NCBI RefSeq assembly: GCF_028641065.1
Contig: NC_073377.1
Span: forward strand, 155,620,001-155,684,000
Direction of reading: 5' to 3'
From: Leucoraja erinacea
Lineage: Eukaryota
Length of the DNA stretch: 64,000 bases
In this document: in pieces, positions 40,185-53,999 of the stretch
Numbering within the stretch: position 1 is the stretch's first letter
Layout: each line of letters starts with the position of its first letter
Position numbers and translations under genes: made by a program
The notes under the pieces: generated by a model
Told to the model about the DNA's origin: nothing
The model's database searches: none
Seen by the model: the letters and a program-made list of their open reading frames with translations, nothing else

Positions 40185-43100
40185 TTAGAATTGAATAAAC
40201 TATTCCTAATATCAATATGAAATCAGAACGTACTGCGTTTTAAATGAGATGGCACAATCGGCTTCCATTGTAATTGCTTGAAATAGATTCCCAGGTTCCA
40301 TTGGCTGGACTGACCATAATACCTGCTGTTTGTGGATATTTATTCAGACGTGGGAGTTGCGGCAGATTTTTATATCGTTCAAGAGATTACTCCCGCTAGC
40401 CGCTAAGTGGACTACATGTTTAAGGAGAATGACGTAATACGCATGTGAGCTTTCTGTCAGAGACCTTCAGAGCTCCTTCATAGATAAATCTTCATAACAC
40501 AGTCTTTTAATTAATAGATTTTTTATTGTTGATGAAAAACAATAAGGTACATCCAAACTTTTTCCGACTCGTACACTATAATCTTCTTCAAACTCCAGCA
40601 TACCTCTTTAAAGGTTAGAAAACTCCTCGTGTCTCCGTTACACTTCGCATGGTCAAAGGGTATGTCTTCCTCATGCTGGTCCAAAACTAAACTAAAAACT
40701 AAGCTTCTGCGCAAGAAACATAGCTCCAAACATGCCCTAAAATACGTCATGAATCCCACCCACAATATAACGGGCAGTCTAAAATTTAAAGACACATGCC
40801 ATAATTAATGACAGACAAAACAAGCCAAATGGCCACTACAGTAGGTGAATATATTTTAGTTTAGAACATGACACAGAATCATAGAGTGGTTTTTGATGTA
40901 AATTCATGGGATCAAATTAATTTCTATTGTGAAAGAAAATCATGGCTAATTAGGTGGGGGGAAAACTCAAGATTTCTATGACTATGTTACACATGTCTTT
41001 GCTTATTTTTTAACTGTGCCCCTCACTGAAAAGTTCTTTGCAGAAGATAAATAAGCACTTAAGTTAGAAATAATGTAAACTGAATGAATTAATTTGGCAA
41101 GTGGGCATGTACCTTATCACACCAATTATCTTTAATAATTGTAATTCATAGCATGCTTCTTATTTATAAAAGATATATAAATCAATATTTTTTAAACAAA
41201 CTAAACCTGTGGTATTACAGAACATGCTGAAAATATTTAGTGTGTCAGCATCTATCGAGATAGAAGCTATTGTTTTGAAATCAGATAATGTGAACATTTT
41301 CATATGCAGATCATACAAAAAAGCAATTTTACCAGGGTTAGATCACATGAGTGATCTCTTCTGGGTGAAATCACACCCATCAGGAAATGAGAGTGGGCAA
41401 TTTCAAGCGTGATTTACCTGACCCTGACTGATGTTTCACTAAATGGATTTGTGCACTTATTGACCCCACAACCTGTGTGTTGCACGATTTCTACCCTTCT
41501 GACATGAATTGGAGTCTTGGGTGAAACCTACAATCAGTTACAGAAAAAGTAGATTGCAGTACGCATTATGGCCAACAATGAGGCTTCAGCTAATGGGTCA
41601 GTACTGTGTCGTTAGCATCTTGCATACAGTATCTGCTAGTAAATACAAAAGTAGAAACTGCAGTAATCAATTCTCCTCACTGTTCCCAGCCTTTTGTACA
41701 ATCACATGAGGGATGCATGCTGTGATCTCTTCTCTCTCGAACACATCACACCCCAGAGTGCTGTGAGGCCATTGGGTACTCGACCTGAGCTATAGGGAGT
41801 GGTTGGATCAGCCAGGACTTTATTCCTTGGAACGCAGGAGACTGAGGGATGATATTGTAGAGGTGTATAAAATCATGAGGAGAATAGAAACGCACGGAGA
41901 TTTTATTCCAGAGTTGGGGAATCAAGAACTAGTGGGCATAGGTTTCATGCGAAAGGAGAAAGATTTAATAGGAACTTGAAGGCAAATTTTCACACAGAAG
42001 GTGGGGACTCTATGGAACGAGCTGCCAGAGGAAGTAGTTGAGGCAGATACAATAACAACATTTAAAAGACATCTGGAGAGGTACTTGTATAGGAAAGCTC
42101 AAAGGGATATAGGCAAAACGTGAGCAAATGGGATGTTTCAATGGGGCATCTTGGTCGGCATGGACAAGTTGAACCAAAAGGTTTTTTCTTCCCATGCTGT
42201 GTGACTCTGGAGTAATTTGCAGCAGAGCTCAATTGGAGTAGATCATCGCAGAGGAGTTTCAAACCCACAGGAGATAAAAAGGTATCCTTCCCCTGCGTTT
42301 TCCTCTGTAGTGTTTGCAGCTGCTCTATGGCTGCCCGAGAGGGAGAACCTGGAAGGTTGGATGTTGATCAAGTTTTTCATGCAATTCCCAACAGGTTCAG
42401 ATGTAAAACATGATCCTGCAATCTTGCATGCACATCACCTTAGCCCTGCTTTTATTTCATAAACTAAGGGTGTGGTCCTGATTTCTGCAACCTACCTCAT
42501 TTGTAGCCCACCCACTTTTAATCTTTGAAGCTATAACGCTGTAACATTATATTCTGTACTCCAGTGTTTTTTATCTTTGTACTGCCTGCTGGACTTGTAC
42601 GTGGCTTGATTGTACCCATGTGTGGTATGTATGGACTGCATAGCAGCAAGGATATTTGCTCTATCTTGGTACACGTGGCAATAATAAGCCAATACCATAT
42701 ATGCTGAATAATTGCAATGGTCAGAATAGATGACAGCATCAAATGGAGCATCTATTTAGCACCTCAAAAAAGGATGTTTTTTTTAATCACCCTTTCCCTA
42801 GCATTTTCTGTTTATTTCAACTTTTTTTGCATCTGCATTTCTTCTAGCTAGTTTGCAACATCCCATTCCTGGGATTGAAGCGTCTGGATCAACTCTCAGG
42901 ATATTTAATCATTTTAGTCCCCATTGGAATTCACAAGAAAGTATGAGATCCATAGGAATACATTCCATTTAAAATACTATAATTTTCACCCATTTTATGA
43001 AATAAAAATTAACTTTCTAGATCTCTTTACCAACTTGACCAAAATCCTTTGCATGTGTAGTTGCCATAAAACTGTATTTTTGTGTCTGCTGAAACTTTAT

Positions 43101-45712
43101 TTAGCTTTCTTCTATTCTAGATCCTTTATATTGCTTGAAACAACACCATATATCTGTCTCTTTTTTTTGTCAGACTGTATGTCCAGCACCCATGTGGGAT
43201 ATTTGTTAATTTACTTTAGATAAATATTGAAAACCAAATAGACAATCTTTGGTTTCCACAACAAAGTCAAGTCTTTCACCACTGACTGTTTACCTCAGAT
43301 TGATATTCCAACTCCGCATTTAGATCCATTTTCATATTATCAGCCTCTTTTGCTGCATCTTCATTCCATTTCCTCCTCAAATCCATGATTCTGACATGCC
43401 CATCCTTTGTTACGCCAGTGTTTTACAGGAGAGTCTTTCTCCCTCCGTCCTCCCCACCATTGCCACGTCTTCAAGCTTGCAATCATCACCATTCAATTCT
43501 CTTTTATATTTTGCCTCTGACGCATTGCCGCCTCTTTATTTGGCCCCTTACTAATGGGACTGGGTCATGATAGAATGTTAAACTTTGCAAAGAATAAGAA
43601 ATTGAGGATTATAACTTATAACAGGGAGATCTTCCTTAAAGTTCAATGAGGAATAAAGAAGCGTACAGCGTGGACAGACAAATAAGAACAATATCATTAA
43701 ACATGAGCAAGAGGAAGGCTTTTTATTTCCTGAAGGCAAGAAACCAAATTTTGTAGAAGTGCAAAGAGAAGAGAGGACATCAATACTAAATACAAATACA
43801 TTTAAGAGGTGTTTGAATTTACCCAATGGAAGTGCAGGGGGATAGAGCGATATGGATAATGTACAGGCAGATGAGTAGACGAAACGTCGCCTATTCCTTC
43901 GCTCCATAGATGCTGCCTCACCCGCTGAGTTTCCCAGCATTTTTTGTCTACAGGCAGATGAGATAAGTTTAAGTTGGCATCATGTTCAGCACAAACATTG
44001 TGCACTTTACCGTTCTGTTGGTCCTTGTTCACCGAGTAATTTAGAAGCAGAAGGTTCTGCAAGAATTTCATGTTAACCTCTTCTGGAGGGCATGGTTAAA
44101 CAGTTATGAATGTAAATGCAGGTTCATAACATAAGGTGATAAGTGATGGGAGCAGAATTAGGCCATTCGGCCCATCAAGTCTACTCTGCCATTCAATCAC
44201 GGCTGATCTATCTCTCCCTCCTAACCCCATTTTCCTGCCTTCTCCCCATACCCCCTGAACATGCTTGTTAATTATTGTAACGGCCGGCTGCATTACCCCT
44301 GTTTTCCTCATTGTTTCATAATTCATCTGCCCCCATGCCCCTATCTGTTTAGGAGAGATTTTAGAATGATGAGACTATGAAACTAGCTATGATGTAAAGT
44401 AGGTAATTGTGGCTGATTGTGATGGTTGATTTAATGAGATACAGGTACTCATATGGGTTGGATTGAACGGCCTATCCTGAATATTCTGTAAACCCAATTA
44501 AGATAAAGTCAACTTAATAATATTAAAATATATCAAAACAAATGATCGTGAATGAGGTTACTGTTTGGTGGCTCCAAAGCGCGGCCATGGCAAGATAGGT
44601 AAAGTAATTTGCATTACTCTAAGTGTTAATACAGGGGATTGCAGTGACTGTTTAAATTAAACCATTTGGTCACTTCCAGTGGTCAATCTGCATTTGGTAT
44701 TGGTAGACAGGAAAGCACAAAGCTTGCACGGAAGATAAAAAGTAACTTGATCCTGTATGATTTACAATAGAAGCGACTCTGTGTTACTTTAAAAAATATG
44801 GTGTGATGCTTTTATTATGTATGCAAACTGTTTAGTCTGTTTTAAACATCAATGTAAATTCTTCATACAAATGCCAGTCATCCGACATGATTTCCATTTA
44901 ATCACGCAACCAGATTTTTCTTTTTTGCATAACTTAGCCATGAATCTCTGAGCATTATATCACCAAGCAAGGTTAGTGCCAGTCCACGTACTCCAGGAGC
45001 CCATCAGTTTCATTCAGCTTCCATTTCGAGAACATGTTCAGTTTTACATTAAAATATATTGTGTTTTGGACGTCTCCATTCCAGAATGCGTTCTTTTATT
45101 GTTGTGTAATGTCATTATGTGTCATCATCAATCCATTATGTAAAGTCTATTCAGTCTGTCAGAGATTTATTTAATACTGAGTCTATTTACAATCATATTG
45201 TAATATTAACTTCCAAGCAATAACGTAGAAAATTACACTTGAGAAGCCACTATTGCATTTGAAATAAACTGAATAACCTTCTGTTAAAATAGCATGCAAA
45301 ATAACATCTCAGATTACTACAGGAACCCAAGTTTGAAATGTTTGCATATGCATACTTGAACACTTTTTAAAGTCCCAAACTTACATTCAGCTGTTCACTG
45401 GTGTTTTTCCAATTGTATTTTGACACTGAAGTTCTGAATTGCAGAGATTGCCCATCACATATAGAAGGAGAAATATTTGACGTCCTGTGCCAGGGTAGAA
45501 TTGGCATAGGTAGTTCTTTTCTATTCGCTCCAAAGTAAATTACTGCAAGGGACCATGATATGAATATGTAACTTTAGTTATTAGTAATTGCTTGAATTTA
45601 TTGACAATTTTTATTTTTCACAATTATAATCATATTTCAAAATGTAATAACTTGAATCAGTTTTAACTGATTTTAACTGCCAACTTGTCAAAATTGTAAC
45701 ATATGACATTAA

Positions 45713-45938
45713 TGCCCCTGTCCCACTTAGGAAACCTGAACGGAAACCTCTGGAGACTTTGCGCCCCACCCAAGGTTTCCGTGCGGTTCCCGGAGGTTTT
45801 TGTCAGTCTCCCTACCTGCTTCCACTACCTGCAACCTCCGGCAACCACCTGCAACCTCCGGGAACCGCACGGAAACCTTGGGTGGGGCGCAAAGTCTCCC
45901 GAGGTTTCCGTTCAGGATTCCTAAGTGGGACAGGGGCA
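45713..45938. mobile_element. PIF/Harbinger-like foldback MITE
   Basis: Long near-perfect inverted repeats; TAA duplicated at 45710-45712 and 45939-45941. Confidence 0.8.
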
Positions 45939-47000
45939 TAAGTTTCTTTCAGCTGTTTTGTGGTGGGACTAGTTGTTAGCATCTCATCTCTTGCTATTTT
46001 GACCATAAATAACTATTCATCATAGAGGATCAGGTGAGCTTCTTTTGGCAGGTTCTGGCTGGGGAACGACATAATGTACGGGTTCATAGGTCAGCGACAA
46101 GCCCAAAAATGGTTCAACAATGCCTGTAAATTCTGGGCATTGTCATACAGGCACAGCGTGTTTATTTGTGATTGTTTCATCCTTAAAATAAATAGTGTTT
46201 CAAAAGATAGTGATTGATCTGAATGATTGAATTGGTTCTGTCGATAATAGTGCCAGAGTTCAAATCATGACCTGTGTTGGCTTTGGACTTTACTTTAGAG
46301 ATACAGCGCGGAAACAGGCCCTTCGGTTTGGTACGCGCCGATCAGCGATCACACTATACACGAACACTATCTTACACCCTAAGGACAATTTACAATTTTA
46401 CCGAAGCCATTTAACCTACAAACCTGCACGTCTTTGGAGTGTGGGAGGAAATCGGAGGACCTGGAGAAAACCCACACGGGTCACCGGGAGAACGTACAAA
46501 CCTTGAACAGACAGCACCCATAGTCAGGATCGAACCTGGGTCTCTGGTGCTGTAAGGCAGCAACTCTATCGCTGTGCCACTGCGCCCCCTTGAGTTTGCA
46601 CATTTGCCCTGTGGCCACATTGATTTCCTCTGGGTGCTTCCAGTTAACTCCCACATAACAAACACTCGTGAGTTGGTCGGTTAATTGGTCACTAAAATGG
46701 CCTCATTCTGTAGGTGAAAGGTAGAATCTATGAAGAGAATGTAGGGAGAATAAAAAATGGGATTAGTATAGGATTAGTGTGTTAGGACGGTGGGCGTGGA
46801 CTCATGGGCTGAAGGGCCTGTTTCTGTGATGTATCTCTCTGAGTTGGATGATAAGCCATGATCATATTGAATGGCGGTGCAGGCTCGAAGGTCCTGCACC
46901 TATTTTCTATGTTTCTATGACTATAAACCAGCAGAGATTTGACATATTGCTTTTTCACCAAACAGAATAAACATTTGTTATTATTTTTACTTTAAACCAG

Positions 47001-47149
47001 ACCGTTGGTTCCAGAAGAATGTAAGAAATTAGTGTCGCCTCCACAACCATTGGCAGCAGAGTGCTCGCATCTGTGTAGAAATGGACTTTGCACGCCTACA
47101 GGAATATGCTGCTGTGATCCAGGCTGGGATGGAGAATTCTGCAGAGAGG
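47001..47149 (+). CDS. HHIP: HHIP exon with EGF-like repeat 1 (human exon 12 equivalent): PLVPEECKKLVSPPQPLAAECSHLCRNGLCTPTGICCCDPGWDGEFCRE
   Basis: Acceptor taaaccag|A, donor G|gtaggt; 149 bp, phase 2 to 1. Matches human PLMPEECRATVQPAQTLTSECSRLCRNGYCTPTGKCCCSPGWEGDFCRT. Confidence 0.96.
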
Positions 47150-48339
47150 GTAGGTAGATTTTCTTTTATTTGTAAGCAAATCAGCAATGAATATAGAACA
47201 AATACCATGGAAGGTGCAATTTATTGCTTTGTACAATTAAATGCCAAATCTTCCTATTCTACAATATTATATATCATTCATTTCATACCACATTATTTAT
47301 ATTTTTATACCAGTTCTAAAACAAAATTAAATTGCACACTCGATCGTGTCTGTCTATGCATAACGTATGCAATGGGAAGAGAACTTAAGTCACACTGCAT
47401 CCTGACACTTCCATATAGTTTCAGTACTCTAAACAACACAACAATGTCACTTCTCCTCAAAGCAGCATCAAATTACGTGTATGTCTGATTTTAAGCAACA
47501 CCTTTTAATTAATATCATATACCTCTGAAATTGATGGTCAAAAGTGAGGCTTCCTTTTAGTGTTCCAAGTTCCAAGCATAAAGAGTTAGCGTAACACAAG
47601 GTAGAAGTGGCAAATTATTTCACTTCTAGCCTCAGAATTAGCTACATCACATTCCATCTTAATGAGGTATTCATTCAGAAGTTTAAGGGTAACATGAGGG
47701 GGAACTTCTTTACTCAGAGAGTGGTAGCCGTGTGGAATGAGCTTCCAGTGGAAGTGGTGGAGGCAGATTCGATTTTATCATTTAAAAATAAATTGGATAG
47801 GTATATGGACGGGAAAGGAATGGAGGGTTATGGTCTGAGTGCATGTAGATGGGACTAGGTGAGAGTAAGTGTTCGGCACGGACTAGAAGGACCGAGATGG
47901 CCTGTTTCCGTGCTGTAATTGTAATTTGGTTAATACAGTCACAATCACAATTACAATCACAATAATACTTGATTAGCCAGTTATGTTTTGCAACACACGA
48001 GGAATTTCATTTACCAAGTCAGTCATACAAATAAAAAGCAATGGAACACACAAAATACATTTTAACATAACCATCCACCTCAGTGACCCCTCCACATTCC
48101 TCACTGTGATGGAAGGCGAAAAAGCGTTCAAATCTCTTCCCTTCTTTGCTCTCCCGCGGTCGGGGGCCTTGAACCCTCCGTTGACGGGACGATCTTGACC
48201 CGTAGCCGGCGGTGTTTTTGGCCCTCCGCATCGGGGCGATCAGTTCCTGCATCGGGGGATGTCAGCTCCTCCACTCCGACGATCGCACCCCGCGTCGGGG
48301 CCTCTCCCGAGACTGCGAGCTCTCGATGTAAAGTCCGCA

Positions 48340-49420
48340 GATAGACACAAAATGCCGGAGTAAGTCAGCGGGTCAGGCATTTTCTCTGGCAAAACCGGAT
48401 AGGGGATAGTGACCCTTCTTCAGACCACCTCCAACGGAATCCCACCACTAGCCACATCTTCCCATCTCCACCCCTACTGCAGAGACCGTTTGCTCCGCAA
48501 CTCCCCTTTTCACGCATCCCTTCTCACCCAAACCACCCTCCCCACGTACTACCCCCTGCAACTCCTGTCCCCTATACCTCCTCTCTCCATCCGGGGACCC
48601 TGACAGTCCCAGAGATTCACTTGTACCTCCTCCAACGTCATCTATTGCAGTGATTCCCAACCTGGGGCCATGGCAAAGGCGCCATGGCAAATTTCAGGGG
48701 GGCCACAGAAAAATTTGGGGATTTAGGGGGCCACAGGTTCAATGAAGGGGACACTTTTTTCCCCGCTAATAATGTCAGCGGGGGGGCACAGAAAAATTAA
48801 AGAGCCCAAGGGGGCCATGAACTAAAAAGGTTGGGAACCACTGATCTATTGTATCGCTGGTCCAGGTGTGGGCTCCCATATATTGTCGAGACCAAGCGTA
48901 GTCTGGGCGATCGTTTCACTGAACACCTCTGCTCAGTCTGCCTTGGCCCAGCAACCTCCCAGTTGCCAAACATTTTAACACACCTTCCCATTTCTTTACC
49001 GACCTTTCTGTCCTGGGCCCCCTCCACTGTCAGAGTGAGGCCACATGCAAATTAGAGGAACAGCACCTCATATTTCACTTGGGAAGCTTTCAACCTAGTG
49101 GTATAAATGTTGATTTTTGAGTAACCCCTGCATTCCCTCTCTGCTCCTCCCCACCCTAATCGTCCTGCCAGTTTTGTTGCTCACATCCATACATCCCTTC
49201 ATTATCACCTGTTCCACAGCCAGCAATGGACCTTTGTGGGCTCCATCTTTCCTTGGTCATTGCTGCTGACTCTGACTTGTTCTGAACCTTTTCATTCCTC
49301 TATTTTCCCTCCTCCCTGACTCTCAGTCTGAAGAAGAGTTTCTACCCGAAACGACACCTCTTTCTTTTCTCCAGGGTTGTTGCCTGACCCGCTGAGTTAC
49401 TTCAGCATTTTGTATCTATT
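48340..49420 (+). mobile_element. Degenerate Penelope-like element fragment, flanked by terminal-repeat segments in opposite orientations
   Basis: YIVETKRSLGDRFTEHL motif; terminal repeat pieces at about 48340-48425 (reverse) and about 49325-49420 (forward). Confidence 0.75.
48648..48843. mobile_element. hAT-like MITE inserted in a Penelope-like GIY-YIG region
   Basis: TIR CAGTGATTCCCAACC / GGTTGGGAACCACTG; perfect 8-bp TSD ATCTATTG. Confidence 0.85.
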
Positions 49421-50074
49421 TTTGATCGTCTTATTTTCCTGTTTCTCGTAAACTGCCAATTTTAGAATCGAGGTTCCTGGCTGTAAAAAGCAAAGCTTCT
49501 AATTCTAGGTACAGTGTGCTTATGTAGGAATTTTAAACAGTTCTGTTTCGGCTCATAAATCTGATCAGAATTCCGTTCGTTCTGGGAAAAGAATTTCGGA
49601 AAACAATTGTAACATTCAGTTCTCTAACAGCAAACCTGAAACATAACATTCTGCATAACCTCCTGGCGCTTGCATGGCATTTAAATGTGGCTTTTCACCT
49701 TAATGTTTTTCCCATTTGAGCTGCAGTGAATTCTTGACTACTTGTTCTCGATGTTGGGGGAGCCCAGAACCAGGGTCCACAGTTTAAGAATAAGGAGTAA
49801 ACCATTTAGAGTGGAGATGAGGAAATACTTTTTCACACAGAAAGTTGGGAGTATGTGGAATTCTCTGCCTCAGACGGGGGGTAGAGGCCGGTTCTATGGA
49901 TGCTTTCAAGGGAGAGTTAGATAGAACTCTTAAAGATAGCGGAGTCAAGGGATATGGGGAGAAGGCAAGAACGGGGCACTGATTGTGGATGATCAGCCAT
50001 GATCACATTGAATTGCGGTGCTGGCTCGAAGGGCCAAATGGCCTACTCCTGCACCTATTGTCTATTGTCTAAAG

Positions 50075-50435
50075 CAGTGGTTCCCAATGTGGGGCGTATT
50101 TGATTTATTTGATTTGCCTCACACAGGGGGGCAATTTGATTTTTAAGGGGGGCAATTTCCACCTAATGTTTTTTTCTTTTTTTTTTTACAATTTTTTAGT
50201 AATTTCTTGCTCAGAACTTTAACTGTCTTTTGTTTATTTCATTTTTCTTTTTCATGGATGCCATGTTCTTTTGAAGCTTGTTTAAACCAAGGTATTGGCG
50301 TTTTAAGCTTCTTCAGCTGAAACGGAGTTCACTTTTTAAATGATAAGAATTATATATCACCACATGGGGGGGGGGGCATCAGGATTTTAGAGGTGATTAG
50401 GTGGGGCATGGCCAAAAAAAGGTTGGGAAACACTG
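50075..50435. mobile_element. hAT (Charlie-like) MITE
   Basis: TIR CAGTGGTTCCCAA / TTGGGAAACACTG; perfect 8-bp TSD GTCTAAAG. Confidence 0.85.
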
Positions 50436-51324
50436 GTCTAAAGTAACAAATTTGCTGTTCTCAGCCTGAATTTTAGCACTGAAGGAATGGTAGTCAACAT
50501 TCAATTTGTTGAAAAGAGCCACTGCGAAACTACATTGTGCATTCTATTTCATACAAGTTTTTTAAAATGGACATTTGGTCCAACGAGCCACCTTACCCTC
50601 CAACCCATAAATAGTCTGACACCTGATAGAAAACGACACCCTCCATAGGCTGTCTGTTGTACGCATAGAGTTATATAGTGTGGAAACAAGCCCTTCAGCC
50701 CAACTTACCTATGCTGACCAACATGCCCCATCTATGTTAGTCCCATCTGCCAGAGTTTAGCCCATATCCCTCTAAATCTATCCTATACATGTACCTGTTT
50801 AACCCCTACGACTGTTCCGCTGAACACTTGCGCTCAGTCCGCCAAGGCCTTCTGGATATCCCCTTGCTAACCATTTTAACTCCCCTTCTCATTCCCGTAC
50901 TGACCTTTCTGTCCTCGGCTTCCTTCACTGCTAGAATGAGGCCACGCACAAACTGGAGGAACAGCATCTCATACTTCACGGGTAGCTTCGAGCCTATGAA
51001 TATTTAAGTTGCCAATCTTTAGGTAACTACCTACAAACAGACCCCATCCTTATACAAGTTGTGTAACCTTCGATTCTCCAGCATCTGCAGTTCCCTCTTA
51101 AACCCCATCCTTATCCCCTTTCCTCAACTCCCCTTCCTCACCTTCCTTGAGGTGCACCTAGACATGCACACACTTCTCCCCTCTCCCTTCCACTTTTATT
51201 CCTTTATAAGGCTTCATAATTTCCATTTATTTTATTATCTCTCACCTTTTGTCTTTGCATCTCTGGTCTTTGTCCAAACATCTGCCTAGCAAACGCCTCG
51301 CAGCCCACCTGTATCTACCTGTCA

Positions 51325-52180
51325 TAGAAACTAGGTGCATGAGCTAGCTGATCATCCTAAATCAGTATCCCGCTCCTGCTTTCTCCCCATATCCCTTGAT
51401 TCCTTTAGCCCAAAGAGCTATATCTAACTCTCTCGTGAAAACATCCAGTGAATTGGTCTATACTGCCTTCTGTGGCAGAGAATTCCACAGATTCACAACT
51501 GTCAGGGTGAAAAAGGTTTTTCCTCATCTCAGTCCTAAATGGCCTAACCCTCAAGGGCCCGTCCCACTCGGCAGTCATTCGCGCGCCATTTATGCAACCT
51601 TCCAGCGTGTGGGTAGCGCGCGGGACAGGCGCGTGGTGTGGAGGAGTGTGAACTTCGTCCTGCACAAAATCAGACTGAAGAAGAGTCTTGACCCGAAAAC
51701 GTCATCCATTCCTTCTCTCCAGAGATGCTGCCGGTCCAGCTGAGTTACTCCTGCATTTTGTGTCTATCTTCAAATGACGTCACGCGCTCCAGACGGCTGT
51801 GCGGACACATGATGACGAGCACGACCAACACCCGACCATCGCGCGTCAGTCACTACCAGCCTGTCACGTAAATGACGGCCAAGTGGGACAGGCCCTTTAT
51901 TCTTAAACTGTGACTCCTGGTTCTGGACTCCCCAACATCGGGAATTTTTTTTCCTGCATCTAGCCTGTCCAATCCCTTAAGAATTGGACATGTTTCTAAA
52001 AGAACCCCTCTCATCCTTCATAAGCCCAGTCAACCAATTCTTTCATCATATGTCAGTTCCGCCATCCTGGGAATTAACCTGGTGAACCTACGCTGCACTC
52101 CCTCAATAGCAAGAATGTCCTTCCTCAAATTACGAGACCAAAACTGCACACAATACTCCAGGTGTGATCTCACTAGGACC
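51325..52180 (-). mobile_element. CR1 LINE 3' fragment interrupted by a MITE
   Basis: LVRSHLEYCVQFWSRNLRKDILAIEGVQRRFTRLIP in ORF 52030-52332(-). Confidence 0.8.
51554..51896. mobile_element. Harbinger-like MITE inserted in a CR1, itself carrying a Penelope terminal fragment (about 51665-51771)
   Basis: AGGGCCCCGTCCCACTCGGC / GCCAAGTGGGACAGGCCCT termini; the CR1 sequence resumes on both sides. Confidence 0.7.
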
Positions 52181-52719
52181 CAGCGGGATGTTGCATGACC
52201 CGCTGAGTTACACCAGCATTTTGTGTCGTTTTTCCATGTATAGCTGTTGTGGTTTATGATCCAAGAAGATATCCTCTGTGCCAATAATTTTAAATGCTGT
52301 TGGTTTGGGAAATTGGCTGATGACCTCTCCAAATTGGTATGGACTTCTCATCAGGTCCAGGCCACTTTTTTCTTTTTTTTTTCCACTTTGCACACATTGA
52401 AGTATAATGAAGTTGAATAATTTGAAACTCACCTTATTTAGTACAGAACAATGAAAATAAAATCTGTTCATCTGTTGAAAGTGAACATTTTGGAAGAGAT
52501 TATGGCTGGTTTAAAGTTGAGGGCAGAGCAGGAAGTGGATTGCACTGCAGTGTTGCAGACAGGCATGTTCAGTGCCTGGTGACAGCTGCACTGTTGCGTG
52601 ATGTCCCAAGGTCATTTTGTGTTTCTGTTCCTTGAGGCAAATAAAAACGACAGAGCGGAAAAGAAAACATCTCCATTCAAGGTCAACTCTCCAAGAGTTC
52701 TTAAATATACATTCACACT

Positions 52720-52990
52720 CATACGTACAGCCGATAGCCAGGCTAACATCTGTAGCATTGGTGACCCGCGTTAGTCAGCAGCCTATGTTGGATAGGCTAC
52801 GCCATTTGCATGCCGGACACCAGACTCCCCAAGCAGATATTCTGGGCTCTGTCGTGGAAGGAAGTTACTAGGCAAACACGGGTATATGCTCAAAACCTCT
52901 CTGAACAAGTGCAACAACTACAGGGACTCCTGGTAACCTCTGTCCCATGGCCACTCAAAGTAGAAAATGTCCATTCGAGATTGTATCGTG
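52720..52990 (+). mobile_element. Old RTE-clade LINE 3' fragment
   Basis: WIG..MPDTRLPKQIFW motif typical of the RTE ORF C-terminus. Confidence 0.6.
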
Positions 52991-53514
52991 AACCTCGTGT
53001 TAGTGCAACACAGAAACCTGCATAAATATTGGAAGAATTATTCACCTCACAAACTATTGGTTCTTTTACTAATAAAAGAAGAACCAATTTAAATAAAATT
53101 ATACAAGAACATCAGTTTATTTTTTAGTATGCGCCTTTTTCAAAGCTAAAGGTTATTTTCTTCTGCATCCTTTACAACGACCAAGGTTTAACAGATTTGC
53201 AAATTTAGGTTGCAACATTTATGTAAATGTTTGATTAGATTTTAAATTTGCTGGTTATCTTACTGATAATTTCTTACAACATAAATAATGTGGAATTTTA
53301 ATTTGTTGACTATTTGCTTCCATTTTCTGGTCGGTGGGTCGTGATGTCAAAAGCCGATGTGTAACCTTGTGCTGGATGATTAATTATGAAACAACATTTC
53401 TATTCGCTTTTCTGCTTCATGGAATAAAACAAATATTTTTAAGCGCGATTTTTCAATTAATGATCAAATATATTAAAATACTGAAATAGCCATGTTTCTG
53501 GAATTGTAACATTT

Positions 53515-53999
53515 TTTTTTTTTTTAATTATGTGAAGTAAGTACAATAATACGGTACCATAGATACCTGGTATATATTGACATGTTGCAGTTCATGTACA
53601 ACTTTTTTTAAATTTTTTTATTTTAACAATAAAAGGGAGACAGAAAAAGAATAGAAAAGAAATAGAGAAGTGTGTGATATCAGAAAGTGAGAAATGGAAA
53701 ATGAGAAAAGAGAGAAAAGAAGCAGAGGTGGAATGCAGAAGAATAATGTGGCTATATTTAAGAGGGAGTTAGATGTGGCCCTTGTGGCTAAGGGGATCAG
53801 GGGGTATGGAGAGAAGGCAGGTGCGGGATACTGAGTTGGATGATCAGCCATGATCATATTGAATGGCGATGAAGGCTCGAAGGGCCGAATGGCCTACTCC
53901 TGCACCTAATTTCTATGTTTCTATGTAAAGGAGAGATAGCTATTTGTTATTCTTGACCACCATTTGCTTGTAAGAAGTCAACAAATGGAGACCAAATCC
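53515..53999 (-). mobile_element. Short L1 3' end (poly-T on +) with 17-bp TSD and a nested CR1 tail (53746-53926, +)
   Basis: CTGGAATTGTAACATTT at 53498-53514 and 54000-54016; internal sequence is reverse-similar to the L1 3' UTR at 11100-11470. Confidence 0.75.

Noticed and set aside
47081-47488. 135-aa ORF overlapping the EGF1 exon
   Set aside because: Wrong frame relative to HHIP; runs into AT-rich intron with no recognisable motif.
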